A DNA stretch of 64,000 nucleotides from an uncultured cyanobacterium (lineage in GTDB: Bacteria > Cyanobacteriota > Cyanobacteriia > Cyanobacteriales > Nostocaceae). This document shows, in pieces, positions 20,994-31,808 of the stretch; positions within the stretch are counted from its first letter, which is position 1, and every line of letters starts with the position of its first letter. A model generated the notes under the pieces. The model was not told the DNA's origin and ran no database searches. It saw only the letters and a program-made list of their open reading frames with translations. The position numbers were made by a program, and so were the translations under genes. The DNA lies in contig CAWIQQ010000002.1 of assembly GCA_963838355.1 (NCBI GenBank), positions 2,827,831-2,891,830 on the forward strand. Reading direction: 5' to 3'.

Positions 20994-22307
20994 TTATCTA
21001 GCTATTGCCAAGGTTTTAGATGGAGCAAATTTTGCGTTTTGCTCTGCACGCAGTTTGTCACACAGTCTGCCTTCTGGTAACTCTACGTCATCGTAGGTGA
21101 GAACTTGGTCTTTAGAAACGTCTCTTTTTAAACGGCATCCTTCGGCCAATCCCATCGGTAATAGGTTTTGTTCGCGAACTATTTCGGAGTTCTCACATTG
21201 ACCGTAGGTCATATAGTAACCAATGCCATCAAGGGTATCTCCAGCTTTGAGATCGATTTTAGCGGTGGCTACCACATCTACAATAGGGCCACCCAAAGGA
21301 GACATCACAGCATCGCCAAACAGTACCGCACGGGCTACTGACAGAGGTACTTCAAAATGGCACAAATGATAAGGAGTATAGAAACTGTAAAGCGGACCTT
21401 CACCTAACTTATACAAATTAAGATAATGCTGTTGTTTGGGGTCGTCGTGAGTTGCAAAAACGAATACTCCCGGACCGGGTTTAGCTCCCACAACATAATC
21501 AACAATACCGCCAAGTTCTTTTAGCTGTTCTACGTCATACATTGAGGTCATTTCATCAACATGACCTTTGAAGTCGTAGCCCAGCATACCTCTTTGAGCA
21601 ACTTTCATTCCCGTAGCATTGGCAACAATTGCTTGCTCGAAGGAAATTTTACTGCCGTCAGCGAAGCTAGTTACCATATGAGGCTTTTGTCCCCAACGTT
21701 TGGCAAATGCTTCTTGAGTAGTTGGGTTGCGGTAAGGATCTTGCAATCCCTTGATGTTTCCACAAAGTAATGGGGTCAAGCCAATACTCTTAACAAATCG
21801 ATAGAGATTCATTTCGACCCCCGGTTGATCCCCATCGCAAGCAGAGAGAATAACTCCGGCTTTATCGGCATAAATTTTTAAGATCGAACCGATAGTACCG
21901 TCAAGTTCGGCATTCATCATAATGATATGCTTGCGATGAGCGATCGCCTCCATCACAACATGAGCGCCAAATTCAATTGCTCCGGTTACTTCGATAATTG
22001 CATCAATACCTTCGGCACGACACAGCAGCATTGCATCTTCGGTAACGGCATATTCACCTTTTTTAACGGCATCTTCTAAATCTGTTACATTGGAAATTTC
22101 TTTAATATTTTCAATTCCGGCTTCTGTATAAGCTCTTCTAGCAGCATCTACACTACGATTAGAAATCGCCACCAATTCCATTCCAGGAACCGAATTAGCA
22201 ATTTGGTTTGCTATTCCACGACCCATAAAACCCGCGCCAATCATTGCTACCTTGACTGGGTTTCCTGCTTCAGCACGTTTTTGTAAAGCGTTGTCTATGA
22301 TAATCAT
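20994..22307 (-). CDS. NAD(P)-dependent oxidoreductase, homoserine-dehydrogenase-like, with C-terminal SAF domain
   Basis: GAGFMGRG Rossmann motif; AKIDLKAGDTLDG...LPMGLAEGCRLKRDV SAF-like tail. Confidence 0.8.
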   Translation of the reverse strand: MIIIDNALQKRAEAGNPVKVAMIGAGFMGRGIANQIANSVPGMELVAISNRSVDAARRAYTEAGIENIKEISNVTDLEDAVKKGEYAVTEDAMLLCRAEGIDAIIEVTGAIEFGAHVVMEAIAHRKHIIMMNAELDGTIGSILKIYADKAGVILSACDGDQPGVEMNLYRFVKSIGLTPLLCGNIKGLQDPYRNPTTQEAFAKRWGQKPHMVTSFADGSKISFEQAIVANATGMKVAQRGMLGYDFKGHVDEMTSMYDVEQLKELGGIVDYVVGAKPGPGVFVFATHDDPKQQHYLNLYKLGEGPLYSFYTPYHLCHFEVPLSVARAVLFGDAVMSPLGGPIVDVVATAKIDLKAGDTLDGIGYYMTYGQCENSEIVREQNLLPMGLAEGCRLKRDVSKDQVLTYDDVELPEGRLCDKLRAEQNAKFAPSKTLAIAR

Positions 22308-22422
22308 AAATTTAACTCCTATTAAGATATGTTGGTTTTCTGATTATTCTGGTTCCCAGGCTCAGCCTGGGAAACAGGTTTTAGAGGCTCTGCCTAGTCT
22401 TTATGTAGATAAAAAATAGCGA

Positions 22423-22974
22423 TTAAGAAGCACCCCCAACAGTCATCATTCTCATCAATGGCCACTTATTGTCTTTTTCAGACATTTCGGTTGCTTCTAG
22501 AGGCCATTGGATATTAAAAAATGGGTCGTCGTAGCGCAAACCTTTTTCATATCCAGGGGTATAAAATTCACCGACCATGTACATAACTTCACATCCGTCG
22601 GTCAATGCTTGGTAGCCGTGAGCAAACATTTCCGGTACGTATAAAGCACGGTGGTTGTCTGCTGATAATTCTACGCCGAAATGCTGCAAATAAGTAGGAG
22701 AGTCGGGACGCATATCGATAATTACGTCGTAAATAGCACCTTTAGTACAGCGGACTATTTTTGTTTCTGCTGCTGGTTCGGTTTGATAGTGCATTCCGCG
22801 CAAAGTGCCTTTTTTATGATTAAAAGATAAGTTACACTGAGCAACCACAGGCTTTAAACCATGTGTTTCAAGTTCTTTAGCGCAGAAAGTACGAGCAAAG
22901 AAACCACGGTGGTCGTGCTTTTCTTCTAAATCGATTGTATAAGCCCCTTGAAGCTCGGTTTCGGTAAAAATCAT
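22423..22974 (-). CDS. rfbC: NDP-4-keto-6-deoxyhexose 3,5-epimerase (RfbC/RmlC family)
   Basis: DHRGFF, GTLRGMHYQ, AHGYQAL; likely start MIFTET at 22974. Confidence 0.85.
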   Translation of the reverse strand: MIFTETELQGAYTIDLEEKHDHRGFFARTFCAKELETHGLKPVVAQCNLSFNHKKGTLRGMHYQTEPAAETKIVRCTKGAIYDVIIDMRPDSPTYLQHFGVELSADNHRALYVPEMFAHGYQALTDGCEVMYMVGEFYTPGYEKGLRYDDPFFNIQWPLEATEMSEKDNKWPLMRMMTVGGAS

Positions 22975-23067
22975 GACAATGCCTTTGGAATGATTGAATT
23001 TTTTTGATGTGGTGGTACGAGTCAACTATTTTGGATTTTGAATTTTAGATTTTGGATTTTGCAGAAA

Positions 23068-23192
23068 CAGGACTTACGCAATTGTCATAATATCCGGCTG
23101 GTGCGTGACACTGAATACCTTATTTCTACGTTCAAAATGAATCAAAGTGTCACAGCACCCTACGAGAAAATGTGCCAGTTGCGTAAGTCCTA
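23068..23192. mobile_element. 125-bp MITE-like element
   Basis: 13-bp perfect TIR AGGACTTACGCAA / TTGCGTAAGTCCT; AGAAA on both flanks; internal GTGACAC...GTGTCAC stem. Confidence 0.7.
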
Positions 23193-23349
23193 AGAAAGTA
23201 GAGATATATCTTTTTCCCTCTAAACTAAACATCTACAGATTTACGATTTAATATTCTTACTTAAAATCGTTTTTTACCCAATGTAAAATCTTCTTGTTGA
23301 CCGTACCGATTTGATTCAGATGAAATTTATTTTGAATTTGAATATTTTT

Positions 23350-24378
23350 CTACTTCTTAGCCCAGAAGAAATCTTTATCGATTTGTTGAGTGCGAATCAA
23401 ATACTCTAACTGTTTTAAACGAGTAAATCCTCTAGAGAAAAATATCTCCTGCGTCATGTCGATTTGGTTGAACACATCAAACAATTGCTTAGCTCCCAGA
23501 CGGGCATCCCAATCGCATTTAAACCCAGGTAAAACAGTATTGATTTTTTCAAAGGAAACTCGATAACTGCGGTTATCTGAAGCGTTATCGCCAAAGCTCA
23601 ATTTACATCCGGGGAATGCGTCGGCAACAAATTCAGCGATTTGTTTAACTCGATAATTATTAGCGGTATCTCCGACATTAAATATTTGATTGTGTACGAT
23701 ATCGCGAGGAGCTTCCAAAGCACAGATAATAGCTTTAGAAATATCTAGAGCGTGAACTAATGGCCTCCAAGGAGTACCATCACTAGTCATTTTGATTTCC
23801 TTGGTAGTCCAAGCTAAACCAGCTAAATTATTAAGAACAATATCAAAGCGCATTCTTGGGGAAGCACCGAAAGCTGTTGCATTCCGCATAAAGGTAGGAG
23901 AAAAATCATCGCTGGCAAGCGGTTTGACATCTCTTTCTACCATTGTTTTACATTCTGCATAAGCAGTTTGGGGATTAACCGGGGATTCCTCGGTAACATC
24001 ACCCTCAGTAGCTACACCATAAACGCTACAGGAAGACATATATACGAAGCGACGTACCCCTGCCTGTTTCGCCAATTTGGCAAGACGAACCGAACCTACA
24101 TGATTAATATCGTAAGTAATAGTTGGTGATAATTGTCCGGTAGGATCGTTGGATAGTTCGGCCATATGAACTATAGCTTCTACCCCTTGCAAATCTTCTA
24201 AGGAGATGTGACGGATATCTTTATTTAAAGTTTTAGCAGTAGTTTCGGTACCGTTGTACAACCAACCAACTTTGTAATAACCAGTGTCTACACCAATTAC
24301 TTGATGTCCCTTTTCTATTAATAAAGGAGCTAGCAAGCAACCGAGATAACCTTCTGTACCAGTAACGAGAATTTTCAT
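23350..24378 (-). CDS. NAD-dependent sugar-nucleotide epimerase/dehydratase (extended SDR)
   Basis: GTEGYLG, SSCSVYG, YAECK (YxxxK). Confidence 0.85.
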   Translation of the reverse strand: MKILVTGTEGYLGCLLAPLLIEKGHQVIGVDTGYYKVGWLYNGTETTAKTLNKDIRHISLEDLQGVEAIVHMAELSNDPTGQLSPTITYDINHVGSVRLAKLAKQAGVRRFVYMSSCSVYGVATEGDVTEESPVNPQTAYAECKTMVERDVKPLASDDFSPTFMRNATAFGASPRMRFDIVLNNLAGLAWTTKEIKMTSDGTPWRPLVHALDISKAIICALEAPRDIVHNQIFNVGDTANNYRVKQIAEFVADAFPGCKLSFGDNASDNRSYRVSFEKINTVLPGFKCDWDARLGAKQLFDVFNQIDMTQEIFFSRGFTRLKQLEYLIRTQQIDKDFFWAKK

Positions 24379-24439
24379 TGATTTTTTTTCCTATTAATTA
24401 TTAGTCATTCAGATGAGGATTTTTTACGAAATCAAACTT

Positions 24440-25657
24440 TTAGCAATTGACTGCTGCTGGTTTGAGATGTGCTTGTTCGGGAATTTCTGACACTACAGCT
24501 TTACCAATTTCGATAGAAGAGGTAGCTGCTGGAGAAGGTGCATTGCACACATGAACGGAGTTTTGACCTTTAACAATCAAAAAGTCGTCTACTAACTTCC
24601 CGTCGTTCATCAAAGCTTGAGCGCGAACCCCTGCGTGGGTGGGAACTACGTCTTCCGAACGAATTTCAGGAATCAGTTGTTGCAAATTTTTCACGAAGGC
24701 TGCTTTACTAAACGAACGAATAATTTCTTTGATTCCTTCATCTGAGTGTTTTGCAGCGAGTTTCCAGAAGCCGGGATAACTCATTACTTCCGCAAAATCC
24801 CGTAGATTAAAATCTGTTTTCTTATAACCTTCGCGCTTTAGACTAAGTACGGCATTTGGCCCTGCATGAACTGTACCGTCTATCATCCGGGTGAAGTGAA
24901 CGCCAAGGAAGGGAAAATCTGGGTTGGGAACCGGGTAAATTAAACCTTTAACCAGATGACGTTTTTCTGGAGTAAGCTCGTAATATTCACCGCGAAAAGG
25001 TACAATCTTAGCCTGGGGATTAACTTTTCCTAATTTGGCTACACGGTCGGAATACAAACCAGCACAGTTAATTACGAAGCGGGTTTCATAACTGCCGTTG
25101 TTGGTTTCTAATACCTGATTTTGACCGCTAGCAACTATCTTATTAACTTTAGTGTTAAATTTAATTTCGCCGCCTTGTTGCTGAATAATTTCCGCGTATT
25201 TCTGGCAAACTTGTTTGTAATTTACAATACCAGTTGACGCTACCCAAATTCCTGCAACACTACTTACGTGGGGTTCTTTTTCCTTAACTTCTTCACTTGT
25301 AATTTTTTTAACTTCTAAACCATTTTCTAAACCTCGCTGGTAGAGGTTTTCTAGACGAGGAAGTTGTTGAGAAGAAGTTGCAACAATAACTTTACCGCAG
25401 ACTTCATGGTCAATATCATGTTCTTGGCAAAATTGCACCATCGAACGGCAACCTTGTCTTGAAAACTTGGCTTTGAAGCTACCAGGTTTGTAATAAATAC
25501 CCGAGTGAATAACACCGCTATTATTACCAGTTTGGTGAAACGCAACTTGGTTTTCTTTCTCTAAGACCAAAATTCTTGCTTTTGGATAGCGTTCCCCTAA
25601 AGCCATGCTGGTAGAAAGACCGACTATACCCCCACCTACAATTACGAAATCATACAT
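24440..25657 (-). CDS. lhgO: L-2-hydroxyglutarate oxidase-like FAD oxidoreductase
   Basis: GGGIVG, HQTGNNSGVIHSGIYY, PFLGVHFT, CNAPSPAATSS. Confidence 0.75.
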   Translation of the reverse strand: MYDFVIVGGGIVGLSTSMALGERYPKARILVLEKENQVAFHQTGNNSGVIHSGIYYKPGSFKAKFSRQGCRSMVQFCQEHDIDHEVCGKVIVATSSQQLPRLENLYQRGLENGLEVKKITSEEVKEKEPHVSSVAGIWVASTGIVNYKQVCQKYAEIIQQQGGEIKFNTKVNKIVASGQNQVLETNNGSYETRFVINCAGLYSDRVAKLGKVNPQAKIVPFRGEYYELTPEKRHLVKGLIYPVPNPDFPFLGVHFTRMIDGTVHAGPNAVLSLKREGYKKTDFNLRDFAEVMSYPGFWKLAAKHSDEGIKEIIRSFSKAAFVKNLQQLIPEIRSEDVVPTHAGVRAQALMNDGKLVDDFLIVKGQNSVHVCNAPSPAATSSIEIGKAVVSEIPEQAHLKPAAVNC

Positions 25658-25756
25658 TTTTTGTTTTCGGCTCCCCTGAAACTAAAGTAATTAAAGATTT
25701 ATCAAACAATTAACAATTCCTGGCAAGACGTAGCAGTGCTACGTCTCTACAATTTT

Positions 25757-26530
25757 TTACCAAACCTTCCAAGGAGCTTCATTATTCTTCCAAAGGTTTT
25801 CTAAATAATTTTTATCTCTTAAAGTATCCATTGGTTGCCAAAAGCCATCATGTTTGTAAGCAGATAGCTGTTCCATGTCAGCTAGCTTTTCCAATGGCTG
25901 TTTTTCCCAAACGGTAGAATCATCTTCAATAAAATCAATGACTTGAGGTTCTAAAACAAAAAAGCCACCATTAATCCAAGCGTTATCTCCCTCTGGTTTC
26001 TCTCGAAAACTGGTAATCTTGGTTTGTTCTTGTCCTAGAACGATCGCACCAAAGCGCCCCGGCGGTTGTACTGCACTTAAAGTCGCTAAAGTCTGTTGTT
26101 CTTTATGGAATTTAAGAATATTAGTGATATTAACGTTACTAACACCATCGCCATAAGTAAAGCAAAAAGTTTCGTTACCAATATGCTCTTTTACTCGCTT
26201 TAATCTTCCACCTGTCAAGGTATGATCGCCTGTATCCACCAAGGTAACGCGCCAAGGTTCAGCATAACCAGAATGTACGTTCATCTGATTAAATCGCATA
26301 TCAAAAGTTACGTCTGACATATGTAAGAAGTAGTTAGCAAAATACTCCTTAATAACATACCCTTTGTAACCACAACAGATAATAAAATCATTAATACCGT
26401 GAGCGGAATAAATTTTCATGATATGCCAAAGAATTGGCTTACCACCAATTTCTACCATCGGCTTTGGTCTAATACTGGTTTCTTCACTTAACCTCGTACC
26501 TAAACCTCCAGCCAAAATTACTGCTTTCAT
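25757..26530 (-). CDS. rfbF: Glucose-1-phosphate cytidylyltransferase
   Basis: [43 protein letters not shown]; likely start 26530. Confidence 0.9.
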   Translation of the reverse strand: MKAVILAGGLGTRLSEETSIRPKPMVEIGGKPILWHIMKIYSAHGINDFIICCGYKGYVIKEYFANYFLHMSDVTFDMRFNQMNVHSGYAEPWRVTLVDTGDHTLTGGRLKRVKEHIGNETFCFTYGDGVSNVNITNILKFHKEQQTLATLSAVQPPGRFGAIVLGQEQTKITSFREKPEGDNAWINGGFFVLEPQVIDFIEDDSTVWEKQPLEKLADMEQLSAYKHDGFWQPMDTLRDKNYLENLWKNNEAPWKVW

Positions 26531-26895
26531 AAAAACTGCCTCTAATTTTTTTAGGTAGATGAATGAATAGTTATCTTTTGATTCAAATTGAGAGAATTTT
26601 TTTATTTTCTCAGTATATAATCTAACCGTATTTTTACTTGAATATGTAAAGACGAGATAAATATAGCTGTTTTGTCTGTAAAAAAATGAAAAAGCTTGGC
26701 TTGCTATAAAACCACGGTTCAAAACTTTTTATATTTCCAGATTAAAAATCACAAAATTACTTTATTTACTTCAATAAAGCTAAGTGTAAATAAAGTTATA
26801 TAAACGATTTTTGATATATAAAAGATGTAGAAAAAGAATCTATTAATTGATGATAATTTTTCTGTATAGCTTGTCTAAAGAGTGATTATATCAAG

Positions 26896-26901
26896 TCCGG
26901 A
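26896..26901 (-). promoter_or_regulatory. Possible DIF1 motif (TCCGGA) upstream of rfbF
   Basis: TCCGGA about 365 bp upstream of the first HEP-island gene. Confidence 0.3.
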
Positions 26902-27721
26902 TAATTACGTATTATTCTCCGAACAAAAGTAAATAAATAAATGGCTTTTCTGCATGAAACCTCGTTTCAAAGAGATTTAGCACTAATTTTAGACCTATAT
27001 TTCAGTTGGGCATCCTTGAATAATAATCTAATAAGTTGAACAACTCAATATTTACTTCTCGCTCTTATTCGGGAAAAGCCATGAAGCAGAATTTTTATAT
27101 TAATTGAAAAAGCTTCTAGTACTTTAGTTTTGTCAGTATTATAGATTCGCGATGCATTTACCCTGCACTAGCTATGTTGCTAAGCAAAGCAAGCGATACA
27201 GTATTTGGGGCGATCGCCTCGGCATTGATTATTCAATATATCTGGGAATAAACAACCGATAATCAAAGAAAACAGTGGATTAATCTAGGTTAGCTAAGAC
27301 AGTAATATTACTTAATTCATGTATTGAATATTGCTAAAAAATAGGTTAAATCTCCGTACCAGACTTTTTGACGTTGAATTGAGTTTTTAATTTTATGTTC
27401 CCCAGTCATGTTTGCGAGGCTTCCACGGCACTTATTTCAACGGATTAGCTGCATCAACTATTGTCAGTACAGCGTCTCCCTAGCAAGTATTCATCCTCAT
27501 TAAAAGTGCTGCATTTGGGTAAATTCAATTAAACTCGCAACTAATCAGGCAAAGATATTTTTCCATATTCTCCGCGTCTTTTAAAAACTGGCATTGCGAT
27601 CGGCATATTAAATTTAAAAATTAACAAGCGCGGATTCGATTCTATATCGTATCCGCGCTTAATATGTAAATCAAACTGTTTATATATTGAAGTGCCTGCT
27701 ATCAATTCTTAAGCGCGACCA

Positions 27722-27855
27722 ATATAGCGAATTTCAGTTGGGTGAAGTACAAAATTTGACCTCACCCCCTTCCCCTCTCCTTACTAAGGAGAGGGGTGCC
27801 GGAGGCGGGGTGAGGTTTCGCGAAGTGTATTATACTCAACCGAAAACCGCTATAT
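27722..27855. mobile_element. MITE family A copy 3
   Basis: ATATAGCGAATTTCAGTTG...CAACCGAAAACCGCTATAT; core nearly identical to 63198-63330. Confidence 0.8.
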
Positions 27856-28052
27856 TTAGGGCTTGTAGTTCGGAGGCGAGTCACCGCGCTACTACGAACC
27901 CCTTTATTGCCAGCAAAATTAATCTGGTGAAGTTTAATTATGATGAGCCGTACAGTAAGGTGAATGATTCGTTTATTCCCAAAAAAATGTAGAGACGCAA
28001 TATATTACATCTCTACAATATGCTACTACTAGTAGCGTTTGAGCATTAATTT

Positions 28053-30238
28053 TTATTGCTCTATTACACTTGTTTTTTGAAATAAGGTATCGCATTTGTT
28101 GTCAACAACAACGCAGATGCTGCTAAGTGCTTGCTGGTAATTATCCATATCATCTTTTTCAAGGGAAATTTTCGCCGCTTTTTGCAAATCTTCTATTGCT
28201 TGCTGACGATATGTATTTGATTCTCCTCCGCCATATTGTGCAAGTTCGTAGCGAACTAAACCCCGCTTTAAATACACTTTTGGCAATTTAGAATTCAACT
28301 TTAATGCTTGATTAAAATCTGTAAGAGCTTTTTTGTATTCCTGCTCGAAGTTACTGCTATATTGAGCTAATTGATAGCGCACCAAACCTCTTTGATAAAA
28401 AGCTTCCGGTCTAGAAGAATTGATTTGTAATGCTTGATTAAAGTCATCGATCGCTCTTAAATAATCTTTCTGAGAATCACCGCTGAATTTTGCTATTTGA
28501 GAACGGACGATACCTCTTCTGATATAGGCTTCTACCTCGTCACGGTCAATTCTTAATGCTTGATTATAGTCCTCAATTGCCAATCTATATTCTTTGTCGG
28601 GGTCGCTGCTATATTCGGCGAGCATATAACGAACGTTACCACGATTGACAAGAGCTTTGATTGCGTTTGGATTTAATTTAAGAGCATGAGTATAATCTGT
28701 AAGAGCTGCTTCATATTCTTTAAGGTTATAGTGTGAATTGCCGCGATTCACGTAAGCTTTGGGACTGTCGGGATTTTTTTGTATTGCTTGAGCAAAATTA
28801 GCAACGGCTTCTTCGTATTTTTTCCCTCTGTAGGCAGCACGACCTTCTTTGTAATAATCTGTAAAGCTACTTTTGTTATCGGCTGGTTTGGGATCTATTA
28901 AAGTTTGCTGAGCGTATTGGTTTTCTTTAACGTTAGATGTTGTTAAATTAGTAACTATATCCAAATAGCCCAATGTCAAGAAGCCGAGCAAACATAAAAC
29001 GACTGGATAAAATTTTGGCTTATTGTTTGGCTGATAGTAAGAAATCTTTCTACCGACTGGCGAACGAGGCTTCGGAGTAACGTATCTGGATGTGGCTACC
29101 GTTGTAGCAGTTCTTCTTCTTGGGGTTGTAGTAGTACGTCGGCGCTTCGTCGCTCTGGGACGCGGCTTTAAGTGTTTCTTGCTGGCAACATCTTCAATTG
29201 ATGGAAAAGGATCTCTTCCACCTAACTTTGCACTACGTTCGCACCAAGGACATTTATGTAAGTGGTTGCTGTATAGATGTTGGGGATTTTTCTGACAAGT
29301 ACGCAGGGCATCTTCTGCTTCAGCTAAAGCCAACAGCCATGTTTGAGCGTTCGGACGAATGTTAGGGTTGTTATGACCATCTTCAAAACAACGTACAAAA
29401 AGCTGTTGTAAAGTGGGATGAAGAATATCCCAAGATGGTGCAATAGGTGTAGGAATATAAGGTACGCGCCGATTCACGCTGTAGGTAAAGTGACCATTCG
29501 CAATACGGGCTTCATATGGTGGCGGTTCGCCTACACTTTGGTAGATTCCAGAAAACGGATGAGTACCTTCCATCAAAAGCTGGAATATCAGTACCCCTAA
29601 ACCAAATAAGTCATGGGGAGTAGCGCGATCGTACTCGGAAAATGTTTTGTTTTGTAGTTCTGGGGGGGTAAATTCGGGTTTACCTACGGGAGTACGATAA
29701 ACAATATTAGTGTTTGGATCGCGGACTTGAAACGAATCGGTGTCTACAACGGTTACTAATGCCGTATCGCTAACTAAAATATTCGATTCGTTAACATCAC
29801 CAACACAATATCCAGATTGATGCAAAGCAGCAAACGCCGCAGCCAAGTTACGAGCAGTGCGTATGAGGTACTGATAGTTAAATAAAGGACAGTGTTGACG
29901 GCGAGTCCTTGGGTTATAAAAATCGATTACCGGACGCATTCCCCGAATGCGCGGCATCGTAAAACCAATAATTTTATTACTACCGTCTGCGGCCGAATTA
30001 GTTCCGAAGGCCAAGCAATAGAGATATGTCCTAAAGATGCTGTAGGATTGGACGGTGGGTGAAGAACCATCACTTCCAGCTTACTAGCCTTTTCTGCGTT
30101 AGGCTTATGGTAAACTTTGGCTACCGTTTGGGCATCCGAGGGTACTGTATAGATGCACGCTTCACCACCACGCCCCAAACTTACGCTGAGGTTGATCGGA
30201 ACAATTTTTTGATTGGGAAGACAGTGTAGTACCTGCAT
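28053..30238 (-). pseudogene. YegI-like Ser/Thr kinase fused to TPRs, single frameshift near 29995
   Basis: GRGGEA and VAKVY in 29927-30238; GFTMP, GDVNESNILV, DTDSFQ, PEFTPPELQ, a TM segment and TPRs in 28053-30014; the frames differ by one base. Confidence 0.8.
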
Positions 30239-30309
30239 TTTTTTATTACAATGACTGTTGTTTAAATTTGACTGCGGTTCGATAGTATTGCTAATAACTA
30301 ATTAGTTTA

Positions 30310-31089
30310 TTAATCGCTTAATGCTGCTATTATTAAAGTCAGATCGTCATCGGTACGTTGAGTAATTTTATCCGAACGTAAAAACTTAACTAGTTGTTCT
30401 TTTGCCCCTTTTAACTCTTCGGCATTAGCTACAAAGTCAAATAAAGGTAAGAAAAACGGCTTGTGCGGTAAACCTACAGACATATTTATTGCCAACATTT
30501 GCAGCCCGTCGGTCAGAAGTGCAATATTAGTAATACCTTGTCTCCATACATTTACCTGTACCGAATCTAATGCCGTAGGTGAAGTCAAAAAGCTAGTTTC
30601 GTTAATATATTCGCCACTATCAGGAACCGTTAAAGCTGTTAAATTTCCCATGCTATCTTTAGCCACTGCTACACCATCTCCTATTTGAGCAACTACAGCG
30701 ACTGTAGGTGTAGCTACCACAATAATTAAAGTTGTCGCTAAATCTTTAGGTGGTCTGTTTGAAGCTATTGCTTCTTCTTCAACTGCTGTTTTTGCAGCTA
30801 AGATTGCTTCACTTAATAGCGACTTTGCCGAGTTATCTTTATCTAAGATTTCTCAATCTATCTGCTTGAGAGATATATTCTCAATCGCTGCTTCTACAGC
30901 AACCATTGCTCCTACCTTTCCCAAGCTAGCACTCCCCGCACCATCTGCTGCGGCTGCCACCAATATATTATCTGGCAACATCTCCCAGTGATGGGCATCC
31001 TGACAAAGTTGTGAATTTTTAACGTGGCTGGTTCCACAAACTGATGCGCCTACCACCCGCCAACGAAGCTGTTGTATTGAACTTTTCAT
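30310..31089 (-). pseudogene. PP2C-family (YegK-like) phosphatase with one in-frame TGA at 30853-30855
   Basis: CQDA, ADGAGSA, QIGDG, LTDGL, TDDDLT; the two ORF-track pieces are in the same frame (369 nt offset). Confidence 0.8.
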
Positions 31090-31133
31090 ATTAACAATGT
31101 TTCGGGCTGTTTAATTGCTGTACTTGCACTATA

Positions 31134-31808
31134 TTAAACAGAACCCCAACCAATTGGTGGTAAGGCAACTTGTTCGTCTACTTTTGAATGAGAAACTGCT
31201 GACATACTAGCAGATAACCATACAAACATTTCAACAAAATTCAATCCATTCAGTTTTAAAGGGGTACGCACGGCTAATTCACTTAAACGTGTCATGTTCG
31301 CATTTTCCACTCCTACGGAGAAAAAAGCTACACGTTTACTTGTTTCGTCACCCTGCAACCGCTGCGATGCCTGCTCTACAGCTTCATCGGGTTCTCCTTG
31401 TGGCTCGCCATCAGTAATCATAAATACCCAAGGACGATAATAAGCAACTCCGTTAGAGCGGTACTGAGCTTTACGTTCTTGAATCAAATCTAAAGATTTA
31501 TGAATGCCAGCACCCATAGTCGTTAATCCTTGGGCTGTTAATATAGGCGGAGTAAATTGATCGGCTGTCACAAAATCTTGTACTACGTTTATATTGCTAT
31601 CAAAGGTAACTATAGATACTTCAACTCTTCTTGATGCTAATGGATTTTTGGTTAATTCATCCTTAAAACTAAGTAAGCCTTGATTTAATGCTTCTATTGG
31701 TGCTCCTTGCATCGACCCAGATGTATCTAATAGCAGTACGCATGGACAACGAGGTTCGGGGTTCTCCGCGAAATCAACTACTTCGTCTAGTCTTAAGGTA
31801 TCTGACAT
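31134..31808 (-). CDS. vWA-domain protein (TerY/YegL-like)
   Basis: MIDAS DTSGS, YYRPWVFMITDGEP. Confidence 0.85.
   Translation of the reverse strand: MSDTLRLDEVVDFAENPEPRCPCVLLLDTSGSMQGAPIEALNQGLLSFKDELTKNPLASRRVEVSIVTFDSNINVVQDFVTADQFTPPILTAQGLTTMGAGIHKSLDLIQERKAQYRSNGVAYYRPWVFMITDGEPQGEPDEAVEQASQRLQGDETSKRVAFFSVGVENANMTRLSELAVRTPLKLNGLNFVEMFVWLSASMSAVSHSKVDEQVALPPIGWGSV

Noticed and set aside
29960-30010. Programmed -1 ribosomal frameshift in the kinase
   Set aside because: No X-XXY-YYZ slippery heptamer at the inferred junction.
30853-30855. Selenocysteine recoding of the PP2C TGA
   Set aside because: The position is not a Cys or catalytic site, no SECIS-like hairpin is evident just downstream, and no sel genes are in the window.
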